DNA from: an uncultured virus (IMG/VR IMGVR_UViG_3300022555_003212)
Lineage: Duplodnaviria; Heunggongvirae; Uroviricota; Caudoviricetes
DNA: 40,079 nucleotides
Reading direction: 5' to 3' (one strand)
Virus record (IMG/VR): IMGVR_UViG_3300022555_003212
Position 1 is the first letter of the stretch. Each line of letters begins with the position of its first letter. Below, piece by piece: positions 9,341 through 18,953 of the stretch. The notes beneath the pieces were generated by a model. The model was not told the origin of the DNA. It worked only from the letters and a program-made list of their open reading frames with translations, and did not search any database. The translations under genes and the position numbers were made by a program.

Positions 9341-9951
9341 AAGTCAAATCTTTTTCCTTTTTTATTTATTCGTAATTGCTTTAGTATTTCTGGGTATTCT
9401 TCCGCTATTTTTCGTTTCAAAAAATGTGATGATACTGACCAAAAATCACCATCATTATCTTTGATCGGATCAATGTAATACGGATTTGCACCAGCTTTTA
9501 ATAACATCCTAATAATTTCCATGCACTCTTCAACAACTCCCTCACGGTTTTCGGATACAGCAAACGAATTCTCAGCGACTGATCCCAATATACTCGAACC
9601 AGATTTAGTTATGTTATTTGGGTTTGCTCCTTTAGATAATAAAAGTTTTACGATTTTTATATTTCTATTACGGGCAGCCCAAAATAACGGTGAGAGGTTT
9701 CTATTGGTACATTTATTAACATCCGCTCCATTCTCAACCAAAAATTCAATCATAGAATCTGGATGATTGCGGCAAGCCTCTACTAAGGTTGGTGATTGTG
9801 TTCCAAGATCAATTGCAATATAATCGATATAATTTGGATTTTTATCTATCAATTTTTGCAATTCATCAGTATCATTTAAAGCAAATGCCTGTCTCCAAAT
9901 ATTTTCATCTTCACCAAGCCCCTCATTAATAAATTGCAAATATTTTTTCAT
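9337..9951 (-). CDS. Ankyrin-repeat protein, dual-tagged
   Basis: MKKYLQFINE; FLVENGADVN, SPLFWAA, LLLSKGANPN; GKRFDL. Confidence 0.9.
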   Translation of the reverse strand: MKKYLQFINEGLGEDENIWRQAFALNDTDELQKLIDKNPNYIDYIAIDLGTQSPTLVEACRNHPDSMIEFLVENGADVNKCTNRNLSPLFWAARNRNIKIVKLLLSKGANPNNITKSGSSILGSVAENSFAVSENREGVVEECMEIIRMLLKAGANPYYIDPIKDNDGDFWSVSSHFLKRKIAEEYPEILKQLRINKKGKRFDL

Positions 9952-10655
9952 AAATCAAATTGACTTTCTATAAAATATTTTCTTATATCGTTAGATATTT
10001 TTTTGGATTCTTCTTCGCTAATATTTTTAGTGTTTTTAGACTCTACAAAAATTTTGTATGAAGGTTTTTTAACAAACTGTAATGTGTGAGTATTATTAAG
10101 ACCACTTTTACCAAATTCTTCTGAGAATACCCCATCGGTAAATTGGTAATGACCTTCTAATATTTTTGGAAACGCTATAAAATACATTGAATGTGCACCT
10201 TTCCATCCAGTAAAATCTAACGATTTTTTTAATTCTGTTACATAGTATTCAATACTATCTTGTTTTGCAAGCTCAACCATTTTGTTATATTTCTTATCAC
10301 GGATCAAATTCCAATATTTATAAAAATATCCGCCAGCTTTTTCATTTACTGGTTGTATATGAATTTCATCGAAAGATATGAACCCAAAATCTAAAAAATT
10401 TTTTAGTATGTTATCCGCTTCAGTAGGCTTAAATGCTGGGGAATATGTTGGCGCAGATGGTCTGTCTATAACGCCAGAATTAATTAACGTTTGAACTGCC
10501 GATTCATAAAAATCGTGAACCTTTGGGAAATCTTCAAAATATGAATATAATTTAACGAATAATTCACACACCTGAATATGCGGGTCAATTAATGGGACTG
10601 GCTCATAATTTTCCAAATCATTAAAACTTTTAAAAACTTCATATTTTTTTATCAT
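9948..10655 (-). CDS. FDL-array hypothetical protein
   Basis: MIKKYEVF...ESQFDL. Confidence 0.85.
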   Translation of the reverse strand: MIKKYEVFKSFNDLENYEPVPLIDPHIQVCELFVKLYSYFEDFPKVHDFYESAVQTLINSGVIDRPSAPTYSPAFKPTEADNILKNFLDFGFISFDEIHIQPVNEKAGGYFYKYWNLIRDKKYNKMVELAKQDSIEYYVTELKKSLDFTGWKGAHSMYFIAFPKILEGHYQFTDGVFSEEFGKSGLNNTHTLQFVKKPSYKIFVESKNTKNISEEESKKISNDIRKYFIESQFDL

Positions 10656-11146
10656 AAATCGAATCTGGAACTGTGTTTTTTTGTGTCGATAATATTCTGT
10701 AAGTTCTTTGGGATTTTACCTTTTATGTAGATTTGATTTCTATCAACTTGATAGTAACCATTGAGATTCTTCGCAATATGATATGGTGTTATTGTTTCGG
10801 ATAGCTTGATCCCCGCTTGACCGAAAGTGTAAAATTCAACTTTCCACACCGTACCTGAAACTGTTCGTTGTGTGATTACTTTTGGAGCTCTACCTCTTGT
10901 ACCTGTAACCCAATTATCAATTTCGTTGCTTATACAATTACTTTCAAATTTAACCTGTATGCCTTCTAAAAGAGTGGTCATAAATTTTTCATATTCTTTG
11001 GTGTTAGCCACTACGTCTGTTTTTTTTATCCAACTTTGATACCATGATGCATGAGGCAATTCGCCCACGAAAAGACCAAATATTTCACCAGTATTGATCA
11101 TTTCATATCCTTTAAATTCATTAAACAATTCGAATAATTTTATCAT
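10652..11146 (-). CDS. FDL-array protein, family B
   Basis: MIKLFELFNE...LLEGIQVKF...SGTVWKVEF...SSRFDL. Confidence 0.85.
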   Translation of the reverse strand: MIKLFELFNEFKGYEMINTGEIFGLFVGELPHASWYQSWIKKTDVVANTKEYEKFMTTLLEGIQVKFESNCISNEIDNWVTGTRGRAPKVITQRTVSGTVWKVEFYTFGQAGIKLSETITPYHIAKNLNGYYQVDRNQIYIKGKIPKNLQNIIDTKKHSSRFDL

Positions 11147-11607
11147 AAATCAAAACTTTTTGAAGTTAGAAAGACAGGCTTGTTCTTTTTTAACCAATCT
11201 CTTACACCTTTCACTACACCACCATTATCTGGAAGTACATCATAAAAATCTTTACCTGTAATATCTTTGGGGAATGGATCAGCACCAGCATTTAATAGTA
11301 AAAAAATTGAATCAACGTGCCCATTGTATGATGCGTACCATAATGCTGTTCTACCCCAATTATCTTTAATATTCACATCTGGCTTAAAATATAGCATTAA
11401 GCTAAGGGTATCAACATCCTGACTTTGCGTGTCTGCGCAATTTTGCATAATCGGGGTGAATGTATTGCCATTTGAAATATCATTTTGAATGTTGATATTA
11501 CCGCCACCCTCCACCCATTCTTTGATATTTTTCATCTTACCCATTCTAACATAATGGAAAATTATATTCTCGCCAACGCCTTCATTAAACTGCCGATAAT
11601 TTTTCAT
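11143..11607 (-). CDS. Ankyrin-repeat protein, dual-tagged
   Basis: MKNYRQFNE; DNWGRTALWYASYNGH...LLNAGADP; KSFDL. Confidence 0.9.
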   Translation of the reverse strand: MKNYRQFNEGVGENIIFHYVRMGKMKNIKEWVEGGGNINIQNDISNGNTFTPIMQNCADTQSQDVDTLSLMLYFKPDVNIKDNWGRTALWYASYNGHVDSIFLLLNAGADPFPKDITGKDFYDVLPDNGGVVKGVRDWLKKNKPVFLTSKSFDL

Positions 11608-12089
11608 AAATCAAATTGTTTCATTCTGCCGTATTGAGGTTTAAATGTTGCTACCCATTGCTTAAAATTTACACCGAAACTATCGTTGGGTAAATAATCA
11701 AAGAATGTTTTACCATTATTATCTTTTATATCCATAATTGCATTTTTTTCAATGAGGGTTCTCATTTTAGGACCATCCAGTTTTTTTGCCGCACGAATCA
11801 AAGCTGTATCACCGCAAGCCCCCTGAATATTTAGCTTGGCACCGTGACTGATTAAATATTTAACTAAGTCCAATTTATATGACTGAATGAGTGCGGTATC
11901 TTTTGTTTGATTATTTACAATATTTACAATTTCTGGGTCATCATTTATCATTTTTTGTATTCTATCAAAATCCTGTTGGCTACCTTTATTATATCCAACG
12001 ATGCAAGACCACCAAAGTGCGGTGTGAGCATATTTAGCCGAGTCAAAAGGCTCATCATTTTCAGTAATAAATTCAATATATTTCTTCAT
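11604..12089 (-). CDS. Ankyrin-repeat protein, dual-tagged
   Basis: MKKYIEFITE; YLISHGAKLN, GDTALIRAA; MKQFDL. Confidence 0.9.
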   Translation of the reverse strand: MKKYIEFITENDEPFDSAKYAHTALWWSCIVGYNKGSQQDFDRIQKMINDDPEIVNIVNNQTKDTALIQSYKLDLVKYLISHGAKLNIQGACGDTALIRAAKKLDGPKMRTLIEKNAIMDIKDNNGKTFFDYLPNDSFGVNFKQWVATFKPQYGRMKQFDL

Positions 12090-12496
12090 AGGTCAAATCT
12101 TTTAGTTGTTAAAAATACGCTTGCGTCCAAATTAAAAATAGTATTTATATTAGTTTTTGATAAAACAAAATGATAAGTATTAGCCCAAATAGGATTTTCT
12201 ATTTCTTTAGTTTTAAAGGTAGTCGATAAATAATTGATTAAATCTAAATCTGGGGCTGGTAGTTTAGATGTTAATATAAAGCGAATTGTCAATTGAAATA
12301 CTTTTTCAGGACTTCTTACACCAAAACTAAAAATCTGAAGTGAATTTTTATAATAAACACATTCTTTATAATTAGTCTCATTTTTTTCTTTTATAGTGTG
12401 ATTTGTTAGTATATTATCAAAAAAATTTTTAAGGCATAAATATACTTCACCCCAAGTTATAATATCAGATTCTTTATATTCTAAATATGTCAGCAT
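12086..12496 (-). CDS. FDL-array hypothetical protein
   Basis: MLTYLEYKES...TKRFDL. Confidence 0.85.
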   Translation of the reverse strand: MLTYLEYKESDIITWGEVYLCLKNFFDNILTNHTIKEKNETNYKECVYYKNSLQIFSFGVRSPEKVFQLTIRFILTSKLPAPDLDLINYLSTTFKTKEIENPIWANTYHFVLSKTNINTIFNLDASVFLTTKRFDL

Positions 12497-12501
12497 TAAG
12501 C

Positions 12502-12510
12502 TATATATTA
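12502..12510 (-). promoter_or_regulatory. Putative late-type promoter TAATATATA
   Basis: 5 nt upstream of ATG 12496. Confidence 0.45.
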
Positions 12511-12519
12511 ATTTTGATT

Positions 12520-12547
12520 AAACTTTTTTATATTGAATTTCTATAAT
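12520..12547 (+). promoter_or_regulatory. Putative phage promoter AAACTTTT-N14-TATAAT
   Basis: Exact boxes and spacing; upstream of ATG 12566. Confidence 0.6.
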
Positions 12548-12565
12548 AAGAAAAAATAGTTCAAT

Positions 12566-12790
12566 ATGAGTGATAGAACTAAATTGAAGAATCGAAGTGT
12601 TAGGCGTAAAGCTAATAGATTTCGCTGGGCTACTACAATGATCTGTGAACCAAATGATAAAATGACATTATCTGGGGCGGAGATAACTAATATGTTAGTA
12701 GAATTTTCCAAGCTTATCAGAAAAGATAAGAAAGTAAAAGTTAAAAATTACATGGAAGATTATCAGCCTTATCCAAAGAATAAGTCATAA
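12566..12790 (+). CDS. Small basic hypothetical protein
   Basis: ORF behind a promoter, opposite to the array. Confidence 0.65.
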   Translation: MSDRTKLKNRSVRRKANRFRWATTMICEPNDKMTLSGAEITNMLVEFSKLIRKDKKVKVKNYMEDYQPYPKNKS

Positions 12791-12844
12791 CAAAGATTCG
12801 AAGGTGGCTATGTGTTTGAAATAAAAAAATAAATATATGGGAAT

Positions 12845-13099
12845 GTGGGGTTTGACGGGGAACCAACAGTACTTGCTTACGGTTTAAAACATACTGGTGG
12901 CAGTACTTACCTTAGAGGTAATATGACGTATAGAGCCTATAACCAAAATAATTCTTTCGATAGATATCTGAGTAAAGCCGAATTTGATAATATTGAAAAT
13001 GTATACATGGAATTTGTCCAAGAAAATTTATCAATTGTACCAGCAGAACACGTGGCTGCACTCAGGAAACATAAATTGAATAAGCTAAAAAAGAAATAA
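12845..13099 (+). CDS. Hypothetical protein with RxxKLxxL tag
   Basis: Ends RKHKLNKL-KKK; start codon uncertain (GTG). Confidence 0.6.
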   Translation: MGFDGEPTVLAYGLKHTGGSTYLRGNMTYRAYNQNNSFDRYLSKAEFDNIENVYMEFVQENLSIVPAEHVAALRKHKLNKLKKK

Positions 13100-13100
13100 A

Positions 13101-13874
13101 TTATTTCAAGAATGCAATTTTTTGTATGTTTCCAATATGCTCGTGAACGAAATTCATAAATTGTTGACCTTGTTCTACCATTTTTATGATAAAATCAGCT
13201 TTACCTTTATCACCTTGTAATGCCTGTTGACTTAATTCGTTGAAACTTTTGGTTGCCATATCCACAATTTCTTTTATTTTAGGTAGATTTTCTTTACCCC
13301 AGTCAACACCTTGATTTCCTAAAATTCCATCTTTCATGTCTGCACAATATGCCTGTGCATGTAATAACAAATTTTTATCGGTTCCAACTGTAGGGTCGTT
13401 TACAAGATTATTAATCAGCCCATTTGCATAATCCCACATCATAGCAGAATTTTTTGCTGGCTCACCAGCAGATGCTTGTTTGGATGTTAATATTAATAGT
13501 ATCATTACTAATATGACAATAATAAGAAAAATAATTACTTTAAATAAAATTGGGTGATTTTTTTTGAATTTGCCGATATAGCCAAGTATTGTATCTAAAA
13601 AACTTTTTAATTTTAAATATGCTCCAGCGGTATTGTTCATTATTTTTTCATAAAAAGATTTTAGAGATGGTATGATTTTTTCTGTTACCCAAGTTTTCAT
13701 TTGACCGTACCAATCGGAAATAAGATTTTCATTTAAATTTTCATTTAAACTTTCAAAAATATATTTTTCCCATTGTGGCTCTGATATTAGTCCTTCTAAA
13801 TATAAATTTGTTGTTTTATCAGAGTTGATATTGTCAAATGAATTCATTTTTAAAAAATCGTTAAAGTTTTTCAT
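13101..13874 (-). CDS. N-tagged membrane protein, no FDL tail
   Basis: MKNFNDFL start, ESLNENLNE repeats, hydrophobic ILFKVIIFLIIVILVMILLIL segment. Confidence 0.8.
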   Translation of the reverse strand: MKNFNDFLKMNSFDNINSDKTTNLYLEGLISEPQWEKYIFESLNENLNENLISDWYGQMKTWVTEKIIPSLKSFYEKIMNNTAGAYLKLKSFLDTILGYIGKFKKNHPILFKVIIFLIIVILVMILLILTSKQASAGEPAKNSAMMWDYANGLINNLVNDPTVGTDKNLLLHAQAYCADMKDGILGNQGVDWGKENLPKIKEIVDMATKSFNELSQQALQGDKGKADFIIKMVEQGQQFMNFVHEHIGNIQKIAFLK

Positions 13875-13892
13875 AACAATTTTTTTTTTAAT

Positions 13893-13901
13893 TATATATT
13901 A
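13893..13901 (-). promoter_or_regulatory. Putative late-type promoter TAATATATA
   Basis: Upstream of ATG 13874. Confidence 0.45.
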
Positions 13902-13928
13902 TTTAAAAAAAATGAAATGTAGAATAAA

Positions 13929-14546
13929 TTATAAATCAAATCTTTTTGAATTTGCCCTCGCAAGCCTATGCTTGGCGAAATCATTGAAATAATTAGTTTG
14001 AAGCCACTTTAACATTCGATGTGACCTTAATTTTTTATCATTAACTCTTTTATCCGCATAGTAAAAAACATCACGTCCAAGATCGTCAAACACAAAAAGA
14101 TTTGCACCACTTTTAATTAATTCTTTCATTACAGCAATTGAATCACAACATTCAGCAGCAAATATTATAGCAGTCCTACCTGTCTGTTTGGAACGAGCAT
14201 TTACATTTGCCCCATGGCTAATTAACATTTTAATGCATGCAATTGTAAGTTCTGGGTTACCGTTGTATGTCGCCAGCAATGACATTAAAGGTGTTCTGTC
14301 ACCTATTGGGAAATTAGGATTGGCACCATGTTCTAAAAACAGTTTCATAATTTCTAAATTTCGTTCAGTCGTAGCCATTTTTAATGGAGAATTACCAAAT
14401 TTATTTAAAGTGTTTAAGTCAAAGAACATTATATCGATCCAATCTCTTTTTATTGCTTCAATATCTTTCATCATAATCAAATTACCCAATATAGTATCCC
14501 AATCAGCATTTATTGTAACATCTTCATATTTTTTCAAGTATTTCAT
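13929..14546 (-). CDS. Ankyrin-repeat protein, dual-tagged
   Basis: MKYLKKYED; GNSPLKMA, FLEHGANPN, LISHGANVN, GRTAIIFAA; SKRFDL. Confidence 0.9.
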   Translation of the reverse strand: MKYLKKYEDVTINADWDTILGNLIMMKDIEAIKRDWIDIMFFDLNTLNKFGNSPLKMATTERNLEIMKLFLEHGANPNFPIGDRTPLMSLLATYNGNPELTIACIKMLISHGANVNARSKQTGRTAIIFAAECCDSIAVMKELIKSGANLFVFDDLGRDVFYYADKRVNDKKLRSHRMLKWLQTNYFNDFAKHRLARANSKRFDL

Positions 14547-15175
14547 AAATCGAATCTTCTTTCGTGTTTTAGTTTATCCTTTGGTATATCGAAACTTCTA
14601 ATATCATAAGTTTTCTGGAGCCATTTTTTTACATCTTTATTTGCACGATCATAAATACTACATTCAAATTTATCAAGTTTGTATAGATCAGCACCCAATT
14701 TTATAATTTCTTTAACCACGGACGGCATGCAATACTGTGCGGCAAAAGATAATACGCCCTTTCCTTCTTCATTAACTGCGTTAATATTTGCCCCATTATT
14801 AACCAAAGTTCGAATAGTTTCTATTTTATTTTTCCACAAATCTATAATTGCGTTATGGGTATCTTTAGCTGTAGACTGGGTAAAAACTGTTGATTTATTA
14901 AAGCATGCCCTCATCAGTGGGGAGATTCCTGATTCAGACGGTATGTTTGGATCAGCTCCAGCGTTAATAAATAATTCAATTAAATCCACCCTATTCATAA
15001 ATGCTGCTTCAGATATTGCGGTATAACCATGGCGACTTTGCTCATTTATATCAAAAAACATATTATTGATCCAATCTTTTATCTTATAAATTTCAACATT
15101 TCTTGTAATCATAAGCATCAAGTCTGCTACATCATATATATTTTTCTCATTTATAAACTGTAAGTACTTTTTCAT
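14543..15175 (-). CDS. Ankyrin-repeat protein, dual-tagged
   Basis: MKKYLQFINE; FINAGADPN, GISPLMRAC, LVNNGANIN; ERRFDL. Confidence 0.9.
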   Translation of the reverse strand: MKKYLQFINEKNIYDVADLMLMITRNVEIYKIKDWINNMFFDINEQSRHGYTAISEAAFMNRVDLIELFINAGADPNIPSESGISPLMRACFNKSTVFTQSTAKDTHNAIIDLWKNKIETIRTLVNNGANINAVNEEGKGVLSFAAQYCMPSVVKEIIKLGADLYKLDKFECSIYDRANKDVKKWLQKTYDIRSFDIPKDKLKHERRFDL

Positions 15176-15208
15176 AAATCAAATTGTTTCTGTATTCAGA
15201 TATTTCAT
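15172..15208 (-). pseudogene. 37-nt tag-only remnant: MKYLNT joined out of frame to KQFDL*
   Basis: ATGAAATATCTGAATACAGAAACAATTTGATTTATGA between two normal ATGA junctions. Confidence 0.7.
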
Positions 15209-15723
15209 AAATCAAATTGTCTTCCTTTTTTATTAATCAAAATCTGTTTTATTTCATCCAGATTAAGAAACTCTTCTGTGGTGTAACCATTATTTTCATA
15301 ATAAAAAAATATAATTTCTAAATCATGGCAATCTTCTAACATAGAATGCCCTGAAGTAAAATCGGCAACTGACCCTGTAGGTTTTATACCTATCACAACT
15401 TCATCCCATCCTTCAGCGTTTTCAAAGTCACGACTTATATTAAGACTCTTATCAACCCATTCAGGATGCTTAGGATCATACCATGAGCAAATGCCATTAA
15501 TCCAATCATCCTTTTCCTCATCTGTTAAATCATTGTAATCATCACCATATGCGGTTTTTAATACATCATAATCACTTGTAAAAGGTTCACCGCTTGGTTC
15601 TCTTTTACCCTGAGCCCAGTCCACTGCATCTTCCAGTCCAACTGCAAAGAAGTACTCAGCAATTGAGGTATCAAAATTATTCGATAGCATAAATCCTTCA
15701 TCGTATTTTCTTAGATATCTCAT
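15205..15723 (-). CDS. FDL-array acidic hypothetical protein
   Basis: MRYLRKYDE...GRQFDL. Confidence 0.85.
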   Translation of the reverse strand: MRYLRKYDEGFMLSNNFDTSIAEYFFAVGLEDAVDWAQGKREPSGEPFTSDYDVLKTAYGDDYNDLTDEEKDDWINGICSWYDPKHPEWVDKSLNISRDFENAEGWDEVVIGIKPTGSVADFTSGHSMLEDCHDLEIIFFYYENNGYTTEEFLNLDEIKQILINKKGRQFDL

Positions 15724-16067
15724 AGATCAAATTGTTTTGTTGATAAATATCTATTCAGATATTTTTTATCTTCTTCTGTTGGTTCAATGAATTTTTTTCT
15801 GGACATATGACCACCAAGATTTATATAGAAATTCTTAGGTTGACCCTTCGCAAATTCTGGTTCTACAATAATACCAGTAAAGTTGCCATATGTTTCTCCG
15901 ATATCACGACCTATACTTGTTAATTTAGCAACAACAATAACTGGCAACGCCACACCTTTTTCCTCTTGCCGCATATGCGTTGCCATGTTTTTTTTTACAA
16001 TATCACCAACCTTCCAAACTTGATTAACAGCTTTCAATCGATGTTGTCCAAAGTTTTCAATTATCAT
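15720..16067 (-). CDS. FDL-array hypothetical protein
   Basis: MIIENF...WKVGDIV...TKQFDL. Confidence 0.85.
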   Translation of the reverse strand: MIIENFGQHRLKAVNQVWKVGDIVKKNMATHMRQEEKGVALPVIVVAKLTSIGRDIGETYGNFTGIIVEPEFAKGQPKNFYINLGGHMSRKKFIEPTEEDKKYLNRYLSTKQFDL

Positions 16068-16495
16068 AAGTCGAATCTATTTATACTTTTTAAAAACCTA
16101 ATTTTCTTCTCAATCGGCAATTCTTCACTGTTATATATTTTAATAACTTGTGGGCATTTTTCTTTATGCTCCCAATTATAAATACGTGCAAGCTGATGAA
16201 TACCGTTATCATATAATGATACATTAATAAAAATTGGATTTTTAGATGTATCAATTATACTTATGTTATTAATTCTTCCCATAATTGGGGACTCTCCGTA
16301 GTATATAGATGCAAATTCAACCTCTTTATCTTGAAGTAATTTAGGAATAAGGCTATTGCTATAATGATAATCCAATAATACTGGCACATCAAATAATTTT
16401 CCACCGTATTTCATTAAGTCATCCCATAATTGTTGTAAATCAACTTCTCTGGATTGTTTTTTAAATTCATTTTCATATGTTTTCAAATATATCAT
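16064..16495 (-). CDS. FDL-array protein, family B
   Basis: MIYLKTYEN...VDLQQLW...LLQDKEVEF...IKIYN...INRFDL. Confidence 0.85.
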   Translation of the reverse strand: MIYLKTYENEFKKQSREVDLQQLWDDLMKYGGKLFDVPVLLDYHYSNSLIPKLLQDKEVEFASIYYGESPIMGRINNISIIDTSKNPIFINVSLYDNGIHQLARIYNWEHKEKCPQVIKIYNSEELPIEKKIRFLKSINRFDL

Positions 16496-16875
16496 AGATC
16501 AAATCTGTCCTGTGCTTTTCGTCTTTTATAATCCTTAATTGTATCATCATAAACCAGCATTTCATCACTCAAAAAAATATCCCATTCTTTGTTAACATCA
16601 TCTTTAACAGTTACAGTTAAATTTCCAGTTAATGTTTTGTAATCTTCAGCCATATATTTTTTACCTATAGTAAAATGCATCTCACCAGCACGACCATATT
16701 CCATTTCTTCTGGTAAGGCTACGCACAATAAATAGTCTGGTTCTGGTCCCAATCTAATTCCACCAACGGTATTGTTCCAATATTGTGGCTCATTTTTCAT
16801 TGGATCAAAAATAGGAACCCGCTTTACAACTTCATGATCCCACTGTCTACTATCATAATCTTCAAGATATTTCAT
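16492..16875 (-). CDS. FDL-array SH3/KOW-like protein
   Basis: MKYLEDYD...LLCVA...FTIGKKY...KDD...QDRFDL. Confidence 0.85.
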   Translation of the reverse strand: MKYLEDYDSRQWDHEVVKRVPIFDPMKNEPQYWNNTVGGIRLGPEPDYLLCVALPEEMEYGRAGEMHFTIGKKYMAEDYKTLTGNLTVTVKDDVNKEWDIFLSDEMLVYDDTIKDYKRRKAQDRFDL

Positions 16876-17501
16876 AAATCAAATCTTTTTGTTCTATCGG
16901 TTCTTTTTACTCTTTCAACAAATTCATCCAATCTACCAGTCATCTCATTACGGAGTTCTTTTAATTTATCATACAATTCGCCAAGTGTATTTGATTCTTC
17001 AAAAATTTTAATTATTCTATTTCCATATGCTTTATAATATTCCCGAAAAGTTCCAGATTTTTGAAAATCTGGAGCAACATCATAACCAGCCAGTTTCCTG
17101 AATCCAGAAAGTATTGAAATAATGACACACGCTGGAGCATATATAAAGCTACTCATTGATTCTTCGTCATCCAAGTAAACCGTAGAGTTCGAAAATTTTG
17201 GTCGTAAATAAGATTCCTTATCGCCATGTTCAAGACTTATATTTCTAAATTCTTTATCTTCACCAACAAGAACATCGTCATCATTTTTAATTTCATATTC
17301 AATTAGTACTGAAACTACTTTTCCTATAGAATCCGTGCCATCGTGCGAAAAAATCGTTGGTTTTAGCTCTTTAATAGTTGATACTGTATATAGGTTACCA
17401 TTATGATTTCTGACGATCTTTATATTCGATGCTTTATACAAATATTCATAAACGAGCTGACCCTGATTATTTAAGACTTCATATTTTTTTAGATATTTCA
17501 T
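16872..17501 (-). CDS. FDL-array protein, family C
   Basis: MKYLKKYE...ESNTLGELYDKLK...TKRFDL. Confidence 0.85.
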   Translation of the reverse strand: MKYLKKYEVLNNQGQLVYEYLYKASNIKIVRNHNGNLYTVSTIKELKPTIFSHDGTDSIGKVVSVLIEYEIKNDDDVLVGEDKEFRNISLEHGDKESYLRPKFSNSTVYLDDEESMSSFIYAPACVIISILSGFRKLAGYDVAPDFQKSGTFREYYKAYGNRIIKIFEESNTLGELYDKLKELRNEMTGRLDEFVERVKRTDRTKRFDL

Positions 17502-18007
17502 AAATCAAATCTACTTGTTTTTGCATATGTTGTCGGATTTGCTAATTCAGCATGTGGGAATTGTAATTTCCACATCCAAATGGAGTTTGAATATATATCA
17601 ACACTAACCAGCGGTGTTCTTTCTGGTGTATGAAATTTCCAGTAAATTTCAAAATCTGGATCACTTATATTCTTATATTTTTCTATTATATGATCATTCT
17701 CTAATAAATGAGTGGCTACGAGATAACGCAACGTTTTATCAAATCTATCTACGACTAATTGTTCCTCATGACTTAACTTAGCAAATTCATCTGTCGTTGG
17801 TATACTCTTATCCATAGCATCATACTCTTCCATTGACAAATGCTTTGATGTTACACCCAAATTAACCGCCAAATGAATAAGAAAAACAATACCGTGAGGG
17901 TCAGTCATCTTAAATCCAGCCTTTGCAGCATCTTCATTTTCCTTAGCCATTTTCTTAAGAGCTATTTCAAATGGGCAATATGATTCATATAATTTTAAAT
18001 ATTTCAT
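17498..18007 (-). CDS. FDL-array protein, family D
   Basis: MKYLKLYES...LRYLVATHLL...IYWKF...VSVDI...TSRFDL. Confidence 0.85.
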   Translation of the reverse strand: MKYLKLYESYCPFEIALKKMAKENEDAAKAGFKMTDPHGIVFLIHLAVNLGVTSKHLSMEEYDAMDKSIPTTDEFAKLSHEEQLVVDRFDKTLRYLVATHLLENDHIIEKYKNISDPDFEIYWKFHTPERTPLVSVDIYSNSIWMWKLQFPHAELANPTTYAKTSRFDL

Positions 18008-18534
18008 AAGTCGAATTGTTTCATCTTTTGGTGCCCAATTTGGTTTATTACTTCTGGATATGAAAATTCACAATGGTCAGCATCAATAGGATATACTATT
18101 TCCATTGGATTACCATCAACCAATATAAATTGTGCTTTCTTGTTCCCATTCTTTAAAAATTGAACGTCAACGGTGTGCTTAGATTCATTTATTTTCCAAT
18201 ATAATTTAACAAAGTCTCTACCTGATCTACCTGACATTATTTCTTGCATTGTATCTATCGACATAGTCCATTTTACTTTATTAAAATCTTTTAGCATTTT
18301 CATAATAATCAAATATTTCAAAATATTATGAATACGAGTTATAAGTTCTGGGGTCCATGCATCTGGATCAATACTTTGAATCTTTTCCTTTGACTTACTT
18401 AATAGAATAAGTTCATCATGTGCTATACCTTCTTCTGCGAATGGCTCTAATTTTTCCGATTCGACTTCTAACGCCATTTCAATTAACCCCCAACTATCTT
18501 CAAGATTATCTTCAAACATTTTTAAATTTTTCAT
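18004..18534 (-). CDS. FDL-array protein, family D
   Basis: MKNLKMFED...LKYLIIMKML...LYWKINESKHTVDV...MKQFDL. Confidence 0.85.
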   Translation of the reverse strand: MKNLKMFEDNLEDSWGLIEMALEVESEKLEPFAEEGIAHDELILLSKSKEKIQSIDPDAWTPELITRIHNILKYLIIMKMLKDFNKVKWTMSIDTMQEIMSGRSGRDFVKLYWKINESKHTVDVQFLKNGNKKAQFILVDGNPMEIVYPIDADHCEFSYPEVINQIGHQKMKQFDL

Positions 18535-18953
18535 AAATCGAATTGTTTTCCTTTTATCATTGCACGATATTTATGCTTTAATTCTGTTGACATATATGGT
18601 AATATATCATTAATCTTATTTGGATTTTTTGGTAAATAAAAATCAATTATATCATTCATTACTGGGATAATTATGGCTGGCGGTAAATCCATATCAGGTA
18701 CAAGACCATTTAATAAGAATCCGACATTAAATGCACGTAATCTAACTCTTGGCATACTATTAAAAACAACCCAGTAGTAAATAACATGCCCAGTTCTTTC
18801 ATCAACTTCTATTTTAACGTCAAATCCATGTTTTTTTAGAATATCAACAAGAATATCATCTTCCCAATTCATATAATACTTTGATGTAAAATCCACATAG
18901 TTATTCTTCTTAAGGTTTGGCTCTACAGCTTCATATGTATTTAAATATTTCAT
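18531..18953 (-). CDS. FDL-array hypothetical protein
   Basis: MKYLNTYEA...GKQFDL. Confidence 0.85.
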   Translation of the reverse strand: MKYLNTYEAVEPNLKKNNYVDFTSKYYMNWEDDILVDILKKHGFDVKIEVDERTGHVIYYWVVFNSMPRVRLRAFNVGFLLNGLVPDMDLPPAIIIPVMNDIIDFYLPKNPNKINDILPYMSTELKHKYRAMIKGKQFDL

